Positions 1 through 8,247 of a stretch of DNA of 51,967 bases are shown piece by piece (position 1 is the stretch's first letter; each line of letters begins with the position of its first letter). The notes below the pieces were generated by a model. It ran no database searches. It was not told where the DNA came from and was given only the letters and a program-made list of their open reading frames with translations. Origin of the DNA: a virus. Taxonomy: Duplodnaviria > Caudoviricetes. The stretch covers positions 1 through 51,967 of the IMG/VR virus record IMGVR_UViG_3300044798_000130; one strand, 5' to 3'. The position numbers and the translations under genes were made by a program.

Positions 1-229
1 TCCATTCGCAGACCCTGAAGTTGGTCCATGAGATCTTGCAGGTTGCTGCCGTCCAGACCAGTTGTGCGACCAATGGAGGTCTTCATGTCCTCCCATTTCA
101 TAACGGCTTGTGTGGAGGCAGCACCGAGAGCACCCAATGCAACGACACCAGCGCCCGCCACCATGCCGATTGGCCCCAACGTACCGGCAACAGATGATGC
201 CATGCCGCCCATGACACCAAATTGCTGAG
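1..229. repeat. Terminal direct repeat (circular assembly overlap) of 51739..51967
   Basis: 1..229 matches 51739..51967 except A103 vs G51841; the overlap lies inside the tape measure gene. Confidence 0.97.
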
Positions 230-527
230 TCATGCCCATTTGCAGAGACCGCCCCATCTCTTTGCCCACATTAGCGAACTTGCCTTTTTCGGCATTGAGG
301 AAGTTGCTGAAGCCACCACCCACTGTGGTAGGAGCCTCGATGACAGATTTGACATTGATGGTGGCTTTCTTTTCCGCCGCATCGCATGCCGCGAAGAAGC
401 TTCCAAAGTTCGGATTAGGGACCGATATCGGAGGCACCTTTAGAGTATTGATCTGACTCTGCAATGCGTGCAGTTTGCTTTCGATGGCTGAAAAATCAGC
501 CGTTCCCGACATGGCAAAATTAGGCAT
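1..527 (-). CDS. Tape measure protein, 5' part (continues across the junction into 46956..51950)
   Basis: ATG at 527 with GGAGG upstream; MPNFAMSGTADFSAIESK... reads in frame into MGGMASSVAG; about 1769 aa in total. Confidence 0.9.
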   Translation of the reverse strand, partial: MPNFAMSGTADFSAIESKLHALQSQINTLKVPPISVPNPNFGSFFAACDAAEKKATINVKSVIEAPTTVGGGFSNFLNAEKGKFANVGKEMGRSLQMGMTQQFGVMGGMASSVAGTLGPIGMVAGAGVVALGALGAASTQAVMKWEDMKTSIGRTTGLDGSNLQDLMDQLQGLRM

Positions 528-984
528 CTTTGGGTTCCTCCAATAAATTCAGTCCGTGGGCTCTACAAATTTTGACGGTTATCGCGGGATCGGTCTTTGG
601 CGTTGGTGGCATAGTTTCTGGAAAGATCTCTTCAAAAGTCCTGAATTTGTGTTCATAACCAAACAGTGGCCGATTCATCATGGCTTGGAAGCTGTACCAG
701 GCCTGCCTTTTTAGGTCGTTTTCCTTTGATTTCAGAGTTTGGCGATGAAAGTAAATAGCTTCTAAAATATCATTATCTGTACATCTTTCTAGTTCAGAAA
801 GATTAAGACCAAGTTCTAGCTTGGCGAGTCGCTCGAAGGTAAGCCATCTGTCTTCTTGGCCTTCGCATCTTGTATAGCCTTCTCCACCGTGTCCATGTAT
901 TCGTTCTCGCTCGCCGTTAGGATCGCTTGCCTGTCGTTGGAGATCTGCCAGCTCCTCTGGAGAGAAGCAACAGTAGAAGGGTTT
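520..984 (-). CDS. Tail assembly chaperone extension (T-like ORF, probably expressed by -1 frameshift)
   Basis: The -1 frame is open from about 1044 to TAA at 520 (...WLTFERLAKLELGLNLSELERC...EEPKDA*), has no plausible 5' start codon, and lies between chaperone and TMP; phased A AAC CCT at 984..978. Confidence 0.6.
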   Translation of the reverse strand, partial: KPFYCCFSPEELADLQRQASDPNGERERIHGHGGEGYTRCEGQEDRWLTFERLAKLELGLNLSELERCTDNDILEAIYFHRQTLKSKENDLKRQAWYSFQAMMNRPLFGYEHKFRTFEEIFPETMPPTPKTDPAITVKICRAHGLNLLEEPKDA

Positions 985-1346
985 GTAGCATAACGATATG
1001 CAGTAATTATAGCCCTTACCAGATCTTGCTTTTGGCCGCCTGCTTCAATGAATGAATCGATTGCCGCATCTATGATGTCAAGCGAAAGATCTTTGTCTTC
1101 ATGTTTCAAGCCATAGTAAAGTGCTTGGCTGAATATTCGGGCATTGCCTAGCCAGCCATCCATTATGCGATCCGCGAAAAGCATGTTTCCGGGTTCGATA
1201 ACTTGCATGCTTCGTAAGATGATATTAGCATCTTCTTCGAATTTGCCTATGGCTTTATGTCCGAAGTGAAGTTGCCTAGTCTTGCCAGAGAATTCTATCG
1301 TTACGGTTCTTAGGCCCTTTTCGGGATTATTCTTTTTATTTACCAT
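816..1346 (-). CDS. Tail assembly chaperone (G-like)
   Basis: Position between tail tube and TMP; likely start ATG at 1346 after CAGGAG RBS. Confidence 0.7.
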   Translation of the reverse strand: MVNKKNNPEKGLRTVTIEFSGKTRQLHFGHKAIGKFEEDANIILRSMQVIEPGNMLFADRIMDGWLGNARIFSQALYYGLKHEDKDLSLDIIDAAIDSFIEAGGQKQDLVRAIITAYRYATNPSTVASLQRSWQISNDRQAILTASENEYMDTVEKAIQDAKAKKTDGLPSSDSPS

Positions 1347-1437
1347 ATATATTTCTCCTGCAAAATATTTCCTGAAATTAAAAGCCAAAGCCAGGGCCCA
1401 GGACTGCCTTTTCGGGTGCGCTGCCTATGCTTTGGCC
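1344..1437 (-). promoter_or_regulatory. Structured cis-regulatory RNA element (CCGAAAAG motif), copy A
   Basis: Stem GGCCAAAGC/GCTTTGGCT; internal TAGGC..CCCGAAAAG; loop TCCTG complementary to two downstream CAGGA, the second being the RBS. Confidence 0.55.
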
Positions 1438-1562
1438 GGTTGGTTTCTAGCTATACTTACGTTTTTTCGGAGTGGAGATAACGGGTTCGTTTGCCTCTTC
1501 CGGCCCATCTACCTTCTTGCCATCGTCACCATACCAGGCCTGGCAATGCTCACATTAGTGGC

Positions 1563-2576
1563 TCACGAAGATCGCTCCACGATCTCGCCGTTTTGACCGC
1601 CTCTGGTTTCGAATGAGATGTTTAGTCCATTGATTCCATCGCCGGTGATGTCAATATCCGCTTTCGGGATAGTGCAGTATCCTACCCACCTGGCATCACT
1701 GTCTAGATTCTGATACAAAATGCATACGGCGGTCACATTATGGCCCACGCCATTTATCTCAGTGTAGTTGATGGGGTTGAGCCCGCCTGATAGATGGGTG
1801 TGCGCTACCACGTCTAAGGTACCCACGCCTGTTTCACCTGCCTTCAGATCGGCCCTCACGCCAAGATCCTGGATGCATGGCATGGTCTTGTTCCATAGGT
1901 TGACCAATTGCAATGCGGTAGATGCCGTTCCAGGTTGCACTACTATGGCATTCCCGGTTACCGTTATGCTGAGGGTGCTGCCCGATGGTGTAAGATATTC
2001 GATACTGATATCATTGCCCACCAGGCCGCCCGGAACATGAGTGAAAGTGATGTCTTTGTTGGTTCCCAGCGCGGTGGTCAATTGAGCACATGTATTGCAT
2101 ATTGTCAGCTTCGCAGACGCGCTCCAGTCTTTGGTTTTCGGTATGGACCGCTTGGCCGTGTCCCTGAGGAACATCTTCTTCTCTACATCGGGAGTCAGAG
2201 ATAGTTTCCAGTTTTCGACCCCCTGAACCATGTTCGGTGTTATGACGTTGGCGCTGGTCATCTGGACGGTATCGGCAGATGCTATTGGCGTCCCTAGGAA
2301 TATTCGGCAATCCTGGGGCTCTACCCGAACCGTTCCTGGAATGCTGAGCCATGAGCCAGTACCGCCTATCTTGTATTGGAAAACTGGCGTTACAGCATCA
2401 TCCAAGTTGCGGAATGCTGCATCAGCTACCTCATATACCGAATATCGAGGCCTGATCTCGGAGGGATCAGCCGAAAGGTCGACTTCTGCCATCGCTTTGT
2501 TCGTAGCAGACGCAGACGCACCCGACGCCAGATATATAGCCCCCAATCGGCCCTGTATAATAGTAGGAGTGGTCAT
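1563..2576 (-). CDS. Tail tube-like protein with inserted domains
   Basis: Shares the segment ENWKLSL..VEKKMFL..TAK.SIP...DWS with 2590..3015. Confidence 0.65.
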   Translation of the reverse strand: MTTPTIIQGRLGAIYLASGASASATNKAMAEVDLSADPSEIRPRYSVYEVADAAFRNLDDAVTPVFQYKIGGTGSWLSIPGTVRVEPQDCRIFLGTPIASADTVQMTSANVITPNMVQGVENWKLSLTPDVEKKMFLRDTAKRSIPKTKDWSASAKLTICNTCAQLTTALGTNKDITFTHVPGGLVGNDISIEYLTPSGSTLSITVTGNAIVVQPGTASTALQLVNLWNKTMPCIQDLGVRADLKAGETGVGTLDVVAHTHLSGGLNPINYTEINGVGHNVTAVCILYQNLDSDARWVGYCTIPKADIDITGDGINGLNISFETRGGQNGEIVERSS

Positions 2577-2589
2577 CTTTGACCATCTC

Positions 2590-3015
2590 CTAAGCCGGTA
2601 AAGTCAGAGATATACCGTTGGGCTCAATGGTAAAAGACACGGTGTTGGGCTGAAGGGGATCTACAGATGGTTCGTACTTGGTTACAATTCCAGCAGCGCA
2701 CATGTAGGTGGTTGTGGTGGCAGTAGCGGTACCGGGATAGATCATAAACGCAATGTTGCTGGCGTTTTTTGCGGCTGTCTTGATGATCGCCTGGCCAGGG
2801 TCATCCGCAGAATCCAATGTGATCTGTCCGGTGATGCTGAAATCGCTCACAGTCGGGATGGTGGTCTTCGCAGATGTATTCAGGAACATCTTCTTGACCG
2901 TTTCCCAATTGTAGGTGACTTTCAGATTTTCGGTACCTATGCACTCGGTGGTTGCAGTGCCGGTTGTCGCGACCTTGAAGATCGCATCTTTGCCTAAAGT
3001 TGCTGATACTACCAT
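2590..3015 (-). CDS. Major tail tube protein
   Basis: 141 aa, beta-rich, DPGQ motif, ...SFTIEPNG end; position in the tail operon. Confidence 0.75.
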   Translation of the reverse strand: MVVSATLGKDAIFKVATTGTATTECIGTENLKVTYNWETVKKMFLNTSAKTTIPTVSDFSITGQITLDSADDPGQAIIKTAAKNASNIAFMIYPGTATATTTTYMCAAGIVTKYEPSVDPLQPNTVSFTIEPNGISLTLPA

Positions 3016-3076
3016 ATTTAACCTCTTTAAGTACTTAAATGGTCATAATTCTTTTCAAGTCTCGCGCTATAGACGG

Positions 3077-3751
3077 TCATTGACAGTGCGGCGCATACAT
3101 CTTTTGCCCCATGTGGCCCAATATTATTCTGGTATCCAGATATACCTTATAGCCAATGTCTCTGGCCCGTTGGCTGAATGCGAAGTCAATCGTTAGATAT
3201 TCTAACCTGCCATCATTGTCATGAATCATGGGCATGAAGAAGGGCCGTATCTGAGTAACATCATCGAACCATACCAGCGGCAAGCTATCTGCCATATCTT
3301 GAAGCAATTTGCGACTTATGCAAGTGAATCCGGTTGGGACATATCGGACCTCTTTGAGCCCGCCGCCTGGACCTATCAGGATCTCCCCCTCTTCCAATGG
3401 GACCACGCATAACTGATCCTCTCGCCCTCTCTTGAGGTATGGGCCTGCGACCAGGCCGCCCGTCTCTTTGACAGATTCCACAATTCGCTTGATATCGCTC
3501 CCCATCTTGTAATTAGGATTTTGCCAGGGATTTAGAAAAATGTCATAGTCCATTGATAACAGAAAATCGAAATCGCTTTCCAAGAACTGCATTGCGTTAA
3601 TGCAAAGTCCCACGTCGATGCATGAGGTCTGGGTGGCCTTGTAGCCTATGCCGATACCTTCGGGCGGCTCACAAAGCGACCGGAAAAGCTGATCTGTGAA
3701 TCGGAGATCTGCATTTTGATAAGCCTGATAAACGAGAAGTACCTTATCCAT
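3077..3751 (-). CDS. GT-A fold glycosyltransferase (GT2-like)
   Basis: DxD-like MDYD, VAGPY, PTGFTCISR, DFAFSQRARDIGYKVYLDTRIILGHMG. Confidence 0.8.
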   Translation of the reverse strand: MDKVLLVYQAYQNADLRFTDQLFRSLCEPPEGIGIGYKATQTSCIDVGLCINAMQFLESDFDFLLSMDYDIFLNPWQNPNYKMGSDIKRIVESVKETGGLVAGPYLKRGREDQLCVVPLEEGEILIGPGGGLKEVRYVPTGFTCISRKLLQDMADSLPLVWFDDVTQIRPFFMPMIHDNDGRLEYLTIDFAFSQRARDIGYKVYLDTRIILGHMGQKMYAPHCQ

Positions 3752-3754
3752 TTC

Positions 3755-4135
3755 TTAGCTCCTGTAATCAACCGTTAGAATTTCTATCCATGCAGACAGA
3801 TCATCAAAAGTATCTGGCACCTGGTAGATTTTGGTAGCTCCTATTGTAGCCCAAATGATAATTGCTGCATATCCAGCCAGATCTTTTACTGTTGCTTCGG
3901 ATACTTTGCTTATGCAGCGAACTTCCAATTGCCCGGCCACTTTACCGCCGGGATCATGTAGGTAGGAGGTCCTTATTTGGGGCAGGTCAATCACCGCGAT
4001 GCAAGCATATGGGGATGTAGCTAGAAGGCTATCCTGTAGCTGAAAATTCCTACCGGAAATGACACCAGACACCAGCGGACCAACTATATCCGAATTCTGG
4101 AGTGCATTGGCGAGGGCAACGGAAGTTGTGGACAT
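3755..4135 (-). CDS. Tail terminator/completion-like protein
   Basis: 126 aa, PYACI motif, located just upstream of the tail tube genes. Confidence 0.55.
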   Translation of the reverse strand: MSTTSVALANALQNSDIVGPLVSGVISGRNFQLQDSLLATSPYACIAVIDLPQIRTSYLHDPGGKVAGQLEVRCISKVSEATVKDLAGYAAIIIWATIGATKIYQVPDTFDDLSAWIEILTVDYRS

Positions 4136-4136
4136 G

Positions 4137-4175
4137 GGGAAACCTTCTTATAGTAATAATTACTAATTACTGGTT
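4137..4175 (+). promoter_or_regulatory. BRE/TATA promoter with palindrome TAGTAAT-A-ATTACTA; leaderless start
   Basis: GGAAAACC-TTCTTATA then palindrome 4151..4165; ATG at 4176. Confidence 0.6.
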
Positions 4176-4352
4176 ATGGCAAAGATCAATGAAGATCTGT
4201 CACCAGAAGCACATCAGATCTTAAAGAATTATCAGCACGCAAACTGCTTCCGAAATCAAGGTGAAGCCCTTAACAAGATTTTGATTCGCTTTGAAGAGTT
4301 ACTGGAAAAGGAAACGATAACTTATTGGAAACCAATCAGTGATCAGAAATGA
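4176..4352 (+). CDS. Small ribbon-helix-helix-like regulator (58 aa, not in ORF track)
   Basis: MAKINEDLSPEAHQILKNYQHANCFRNQGEALNKILIRF; strand-helix-helix pattern; resembles 22138..22263. Confidence 0.55.
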   Translation: MAKINEDLSPEAHQILKNYQHANCFRNQGEALNKILIRFEELLEKETITYWKPISDQK

Positions 4353-4492
4353 AGGTTAGTAATTTGATTGCAGAATTGCGGAAATGCCCTTCCGATTTCG
4401 ATGTATCCGTGGAAGGATTCGATGATTCGGCTGATGCCGATCACATCGAGATCGTTGAAGTCAACCGAGAAGTCATGATTTGCAGAGAGTGA
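4349..4492 (+). CDS. Small acidic hypothetical protein
   Basis: MKVSNLIAELRKCPSDFDVSV..., a common viral N-terminal pattern; ATGA overlap with the previous gene. Confidence 0.55.
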   Translation: MKVSNLIAELRKCPSDFDVSVEGFDDSADADHIEIVEVNREVMICRE

Positions 4493-4498
4493 TTTGAA

Positions 4499-4816
4499 AT
4501 GAGAACAGTCTACATATTGCTTGTAGCCATCGCCCTCATGGGCATGGCAAGTGCCGTTGAGCTGTCGAATAGCAACCTATCACTGTCCATCTTTCATGCC
4601 TACATGGAAGAGGATCTTGTGCCATCTGTGTCAGCCTTCCAGCCAGTGGTGGATGCCTGGAATGGCAGTCAAAACAAGGTAATTGGAGCCTTCGATTACT
4701 CCGAAGTGGCCGATATGACCAATTCGCTTGGCATGGGTGATCTGGTTAGGGTCGGGAACATGTCAGATGGCGAGGGACACTACCTGGATGGGACGAAGAA
4801 TTACATCCAACCTTAA
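4499..4816 (+). CDS. Small secreted protein
   Basis: Signal peptide MRTVYILLVAIALMGMASA; sequons NLS, NGS, NMS. Confidence 0.7.
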   Translation: MRTVYILLVAIALMGMASAVELSNSNLSLSIFHAYMEEDLVPSVSAFQPVVDAWNGSQNKVIGAFDYSEVADMTNSLGMGDLVRVGNMSDGEGHYLDGTKNYIQP

Positions 4817-4821
4817 TCTTT

Positions 4822-5193
4822 TTATTCATTCCAGACACGTTCGCAGCATTCTTCAAATTTTTGTTCCATAATAAACACCGCTGGCCTAATATGTGGCCTG
4901 AACCGCCAAATCTTTTTAGACTGCTTAGGTCCAAACTCCTGTGGCTCTCCGTAGTCCATGCCGTTGGCGAGAGTTATCTGATATCGGCATGGTCCGAGCC
5001 TGGCAACACTGCTTGCCGCTGGAATGCTGTCTTTCAGTGCCCCGGTATCCTTTAGGCAATTGGCATGAGCCACATTAATTCCCTCCACAAGCAACTGATT
5101 GGCCGCCTTCTCTGCTAGGGCATCCTGTTTTTGGATTTCGGCTATGATCTCTGCTTTTAGGCTAGAAATGTCTACTCTGAGATTAATCGTCAT
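4822..5193 (-). CDS. HK97 gp10-like neck/tail completion protein
   Basis: DTGALKDSI, YGEPQEFG, RPHIRPA motifs. Confidence 0.8.
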   Translation of the reverse strand: MTINLRVDISSLKAEIIAEIQKQDALAEKAANQLLVEGINVAHANCLKDTGALKDSIPAASSVARLGPCRYQITLANGMDYGEPQEFGPKQSKKIWRFRPHIRPAVFIMEQKFEECCERVWNE

Positions 5194-5972
5194 GCATATA
5201 GATCGACCAATGCCGCCTCCGTTGGATGTGGGTGGTCTGCTATGACTTTATCAAATCCGTATTCCAACCAGCACCTGCAATTGACCTCTTTCTCGGCTGG
5301 AAATTTCTGATAAATTGTGGTAGTCTTGCTAACTTTGCTTGCGAATTCGCCGCCCATTTCGATCTTGGTGCCGTTCAATGCTTGATGTGCTTTTCTGACT
5401 CTGGAATCACCCACAGTATGCCAGGTGGCTGTTGTAGCATCTGCCTTTCCCGCGAATTCATGGGCACCGCCTCTTATGGCCCGGCCTCTTTCAGTCCTTA
5501 TGATCGTTCTGGTCCTAAATCCAGAATTGTCCACAATTCCAGCCAGGTGAGGCTCCTTCAGGATTTGCCGTGCAAGTGGTCTTTCATTCATGCTGGAGTT
5601 CTGCCAGATGTAATTAGTAAGTTTGCGCTTGTCGGTTTGCACCATGCGCTTAATTAAATCGCCGCCCCTCTTCTCTATGTATTCTGTCGCGATCTCCCTA
5701 ACCGGGATGGCCTGCTTCTTGAGCCCATAGGTGGCAATGAACTTCTCTCCATTGCCTACCATTTCCGGTAAGAGCCACTTCTCCAAGATGCTCCAGACTT
5801 CAGCATTCTTGGCTTTGCTCGCTAAGAGATACTTCCTCATAGCCACCTGGTCCATGATATCCATAGGTTCATAAGGCCCCTCTAAATCGAAGTAACCCAC
5901 GCTTTGCAGATACTTGGTAATCTGAGGGCCAAATTTCTGCAAGATATCGTGGAGTTGGCGATCGGGTAGCAT
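5190..5972 (-). CDS. Head morphogenesis protein (MuF/SPP1 gp7-like)
   Basis: RTRTIIRTE, WHTVGDSRVRKAH, VNCRC motifs. Confidence 0.85.
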   Translation of the reverse strand: MLPDRQLHDILQKFGPQITKYLQSVGYFDLEGPYEPMDIMDQVAMRKYLLASKAKNAEVWSILEKWLLPEMVGNGEKFIATYGLKKQAIPVREIATEYIEKRGGDLIKRMVQTDKRKLTNYIWQNSSMNERPLARQILKEPHLAGIVDNSGFRTRTIIRTERGRAIRGGAHEFAGKADATTATWHTVGDSRVRKAHQALNGTKIEMGGEFASKVSKTTTIYQKFPAEKEVNCRCWLEYGFDKVIADHPHPTEAALVDLYA

Positions 5973-6062
5973 GTGGGGCTCCTAGGCGGGATTTCTATCA
6001 TGAGATGACATAATTGTAGGCAGATGGGATAATTTGGGCTGCTATGAAGCTATAAATCGATA

Positions 6063-6100
6063 GGGAAAACTACTTAAACGTATGGATCATACTGTTCATT
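6063..6100 (+). promoter_or_regulatory. BRE/TATA promoter with palindrome GTATG-GAT-CATAC; leaderless start
   Basis: GGGAAAAC-TACTTAAA, palindrome 6080..6092, ATG at 6101. Confidence 0.55.
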
Positions 6101-6256
6101 ATGCCAAACCGGTGGATAGGAAAAGAGGCGGATGAGATGCTAGATTCTGTCATCTCGGATTATAAGAAGCGAAACGGATTGGACATAACAAAGACTCAAG
6201 CCATCGAGGTATTGTTCAATTCGTTGGCTGCCTACAAAGGAGATGAGAAGCAATGA
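6101..6256 (+). CDS. Small RHH-like regulator (51 aa, not in ORF track)
   Basis: MPNRWIGKEADEMLDSVISDYKKRNGLDITKTQAIEVLF. Confidence 0.5.
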   Translation: MPNRWIGKEADEMLDSVISDYKKRNGLDITKTQAIEVLFNSLAAYKGDEKQ

Positions 6257-6420
6257 ATTTCGATGAATCGTTTGATCGGGCGCAACGCGCCTACGATAAT
6301 CAAAGCGATGATTATGAGGACATGATGGATAGCTTGCCAGATTGCATAGATCCTAGGGAAGAACTGTCAGATGCTGAAATTGATGAGATGGAAAGACTAT
6401 TTGCGAATTCGAAGAGGTGA
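6253..6420 (+). CDS. Small acidic hypothetical protein
   Basis: MNFDESFDRAQRAYDNQSDD...; ATGA-coupled to the previous gene. Confidence 0.5.
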   Translation: MNFDESFDRAQRAYDNQSDDYEDMMDSLPDCIDPREELSDAEIDEMERLFANSKR

Positions 6421-6426
6421 TTAGGA

Positions 6427-6612
6427 ATGAATCCCGATGAAGTTATTAAAATGCCATTAGATGACTTTGAGAAAGCTTTTGGTTTCCGGCCAAGAGATGC
6501 ATTGGATAAGAAATGGTTCGCTATCAATGGAAATCGGATTACAGAGACGACCCGTGCCTTTGCATTGCACTTGATGGGCGATCTTAATCTATCGGATGTG
6601 ATCATGAAATGA
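6427..6612 (+). CDS. Hypothetical protein
   Basis: GAGGTGA RBS; part of the coupled micro-ORF string. Confidence 0.55.
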   Translation: MNPDEVIKMPLDDFEKAFGFRPRDALDKKWFAINGNRITETTRAFALHLMGDLNLSDVIMK

Positions 6613-6773
6613 ATCAATTCCTAATCGATAACATCCCATACCGAGCCGTCTATCGTGATGTAGGCACATATCATGAGGAGCGGGGCGGATGCTGCCAATT
6701 GGATGGCAGCAACTTCCAAGAATGCCAGGATTGTAGTTTTGAGGGACATTGCCCGGCGGATGGTGAGGAATGA
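6609..6773 (+). CDS. Small Cys-rich hypothetical protein
   Basis: MNQFLIDN...GCCQL...ECQDC...HCP; overlapping start/stop junctions. Confidence 0.45.
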   Translation: MNQFLIDNIPYRAVYRDVGTYHEERGGCCQLDGSNFQECQDCSFEGHCPADGEE

Positions 6774-6943
6774 TGGATACGAACGAATTGATTGAATGGA
6801 ATAATAAGCTGACCAAGCTACTCAGCGAACCGGAAAGCGAACGCAACGAAATCTGGTGGGTAATGTCTGTGGGCAGCCACTTGGAGAAGTTGGCCAACTC
6901 CTGGCATCAATGCGAAGATTGCCCGAAGGCGGTAAAAGCATGA
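6770..6943 (+). CDS. Small hypothetical protein
   Basis: MMDTNELIEW...CEDCPKAVKA; GGTGAGG RBS. Confidence 0.45.
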   Translation: MMDTNELIEWNNKLTKLLSEPESERNEIWWVMSVGSHLEKLANSWHQCEDCPKAVKA

Positions 6944-7083
6944 GTCTAAAATCCATGCTCTACAAAATCCTTCGCATATCTAACGACCTTAACGCCATCC
7001 AGAGAGGGCCGAAGGCTATTGGCAAGAGGATAGGCAGGAAGATGGTTGGTAGATTGGCGGGTAAGATTATTCGGAGGATTTAG
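6940..7083 (+). CDS. Small basic protein
   Basis: MSLKSMLYKILRISNDLNAIQRGPKAIGKRIGRK...; ATGA coupling. Confidence 0.55.
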   Translation: MSLKSMLYKILRISNDLNAIQRGPKAIGKRIGRKMVGRLAGKIIRRI

Positions 7084-7474
7084 TATGAACATGACATGCC
7101 GATTGACCGGGCATATTGTAGTCCAAGGGGAATACCACGATACATGTTCCCGGTGCGGTGAACGATTTTATCACGCTCGCCGGGAACCCGAAAGACAGGC
7201 TACGTTTTATTGGTGGATGAGGTAGAAAATCTGTATCGGGCAGTGCCGATCCAGTATCGAGCGAATGCGGAAATCATTGAACAATATGCCAAAATGTTAG
7301 CTCTTTACTTGAAAACATGAAAGGACCGGGAGCCGGTAGCCAAATTCAACGGTGAATTTAGTAACCCAAATTTCAGGCATGAGAGGGAATTATCCGGCAC
7401 AATACCGGATATGCCCAAACAAGCCTAACAGATCCTCTTTTTGATGTACCTCGCCACTTAGTTAGTGACTATGA

Positions 7475-7789
7475 TCATTTTATCACAAAATGCTCCAGCA
7501 ACATGACCGCAATCGCGATGGCCACAATCGCCCATTCCCGAATGCTCAGATAAGCAATCGCTTCGCCCTCGCGTTTTCCGCCCTCTTTCGTAGAGCATGA
7601 GGTCAAATTATCGACCTTATCATTGATCGATGTTAACGAGACCTCTATCCGGGGCAGAGAGGCGGCGCATATTTCAAGTGCGGAGACCTTTCCCCAAAGC
7701 TGGCTTATATCACCATCGTGGCGCTTATCATTGCTCTCCAGCACGGAAACCCGCGCATGGAGGACTTCGGGATCACATGGTTCAGACAT
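7475..7789 (-). CDS. Coiled-coil protein with C-terminal TM helix (holin-associated/XhlA-like)
   Basis: Likely start MSEPCDPE after GAGGGTG; heptad pattern, then WAIVAIAIAVMLL. Confidence 0.55.
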   Translation of the reverse strand: MSEPCDPEVLHARVSVLESNDKRHDGDISQLWGKVSALEICAASLPRIEVSLTSINDKVDNLTSCSTKEGGKREGEAIAYLSIREWAIVAIAIAVMLLEHFVIK

Positions 7790-7797
7790 GTGCACCC

Positions 7798-7989
7798 TCA
7801 GGGCGCAGAGGTCTGGCCTCTGGTAGCAAACCAGAATGCGCCCCACCCAACGATTCCACCACCAAGCACTTTGGCAGCATCGGCAATGAATGCATTTCCT
7901 GACCAAGCCGCTGCAATAATTATGAAAAGATAAGCAATCAACACCTCTGAGAAAATGTAGAAACCTTCACCAAAATCTGCGATCGCCAT
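7798..7989 (-). CDS. Putative holin (2 TM helices)
   Basis: 63 aa with two hydrophobic segments; adjacent to the coiled-coil TM protein. Confidence 0.5.
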   Translation of the reverse strand: MAIADFGEGFYIFSEVLIAYLFIIIAAAWSGNAFIADAAKVLGGGIVGWGAFWFATRGQTSAP

Positions 7990-8247
7990 CTATTCCACCG
8001 CCTCCGCCCATCCGAGCCGAATCCATTTCTCAATCTGCCAGGCGGTCACGTCCATTGTGTCCGATTCCATTGTGTTGCCTGCTATTGCTTTCTGTGGATC
8101 GCTTACCGATCCATAATGAAAATCCTGAAGTATCCTAAGTTGCATGATCTACCTCCACAAAAACCGGCTCCTGCTCACCGGGCGGCTTATCGGTCCATCG
8201 CACTTCGTATTGCTTGCCATCCTTCTCGATGAGCTGTTTTTCCATGA

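Noticed and set aside
1-229. Biological direct terminal repeat
   Set aside because: Falls inside the tape measure gene, far from terS; best explained as assembly overlap of a circular or permuted genome
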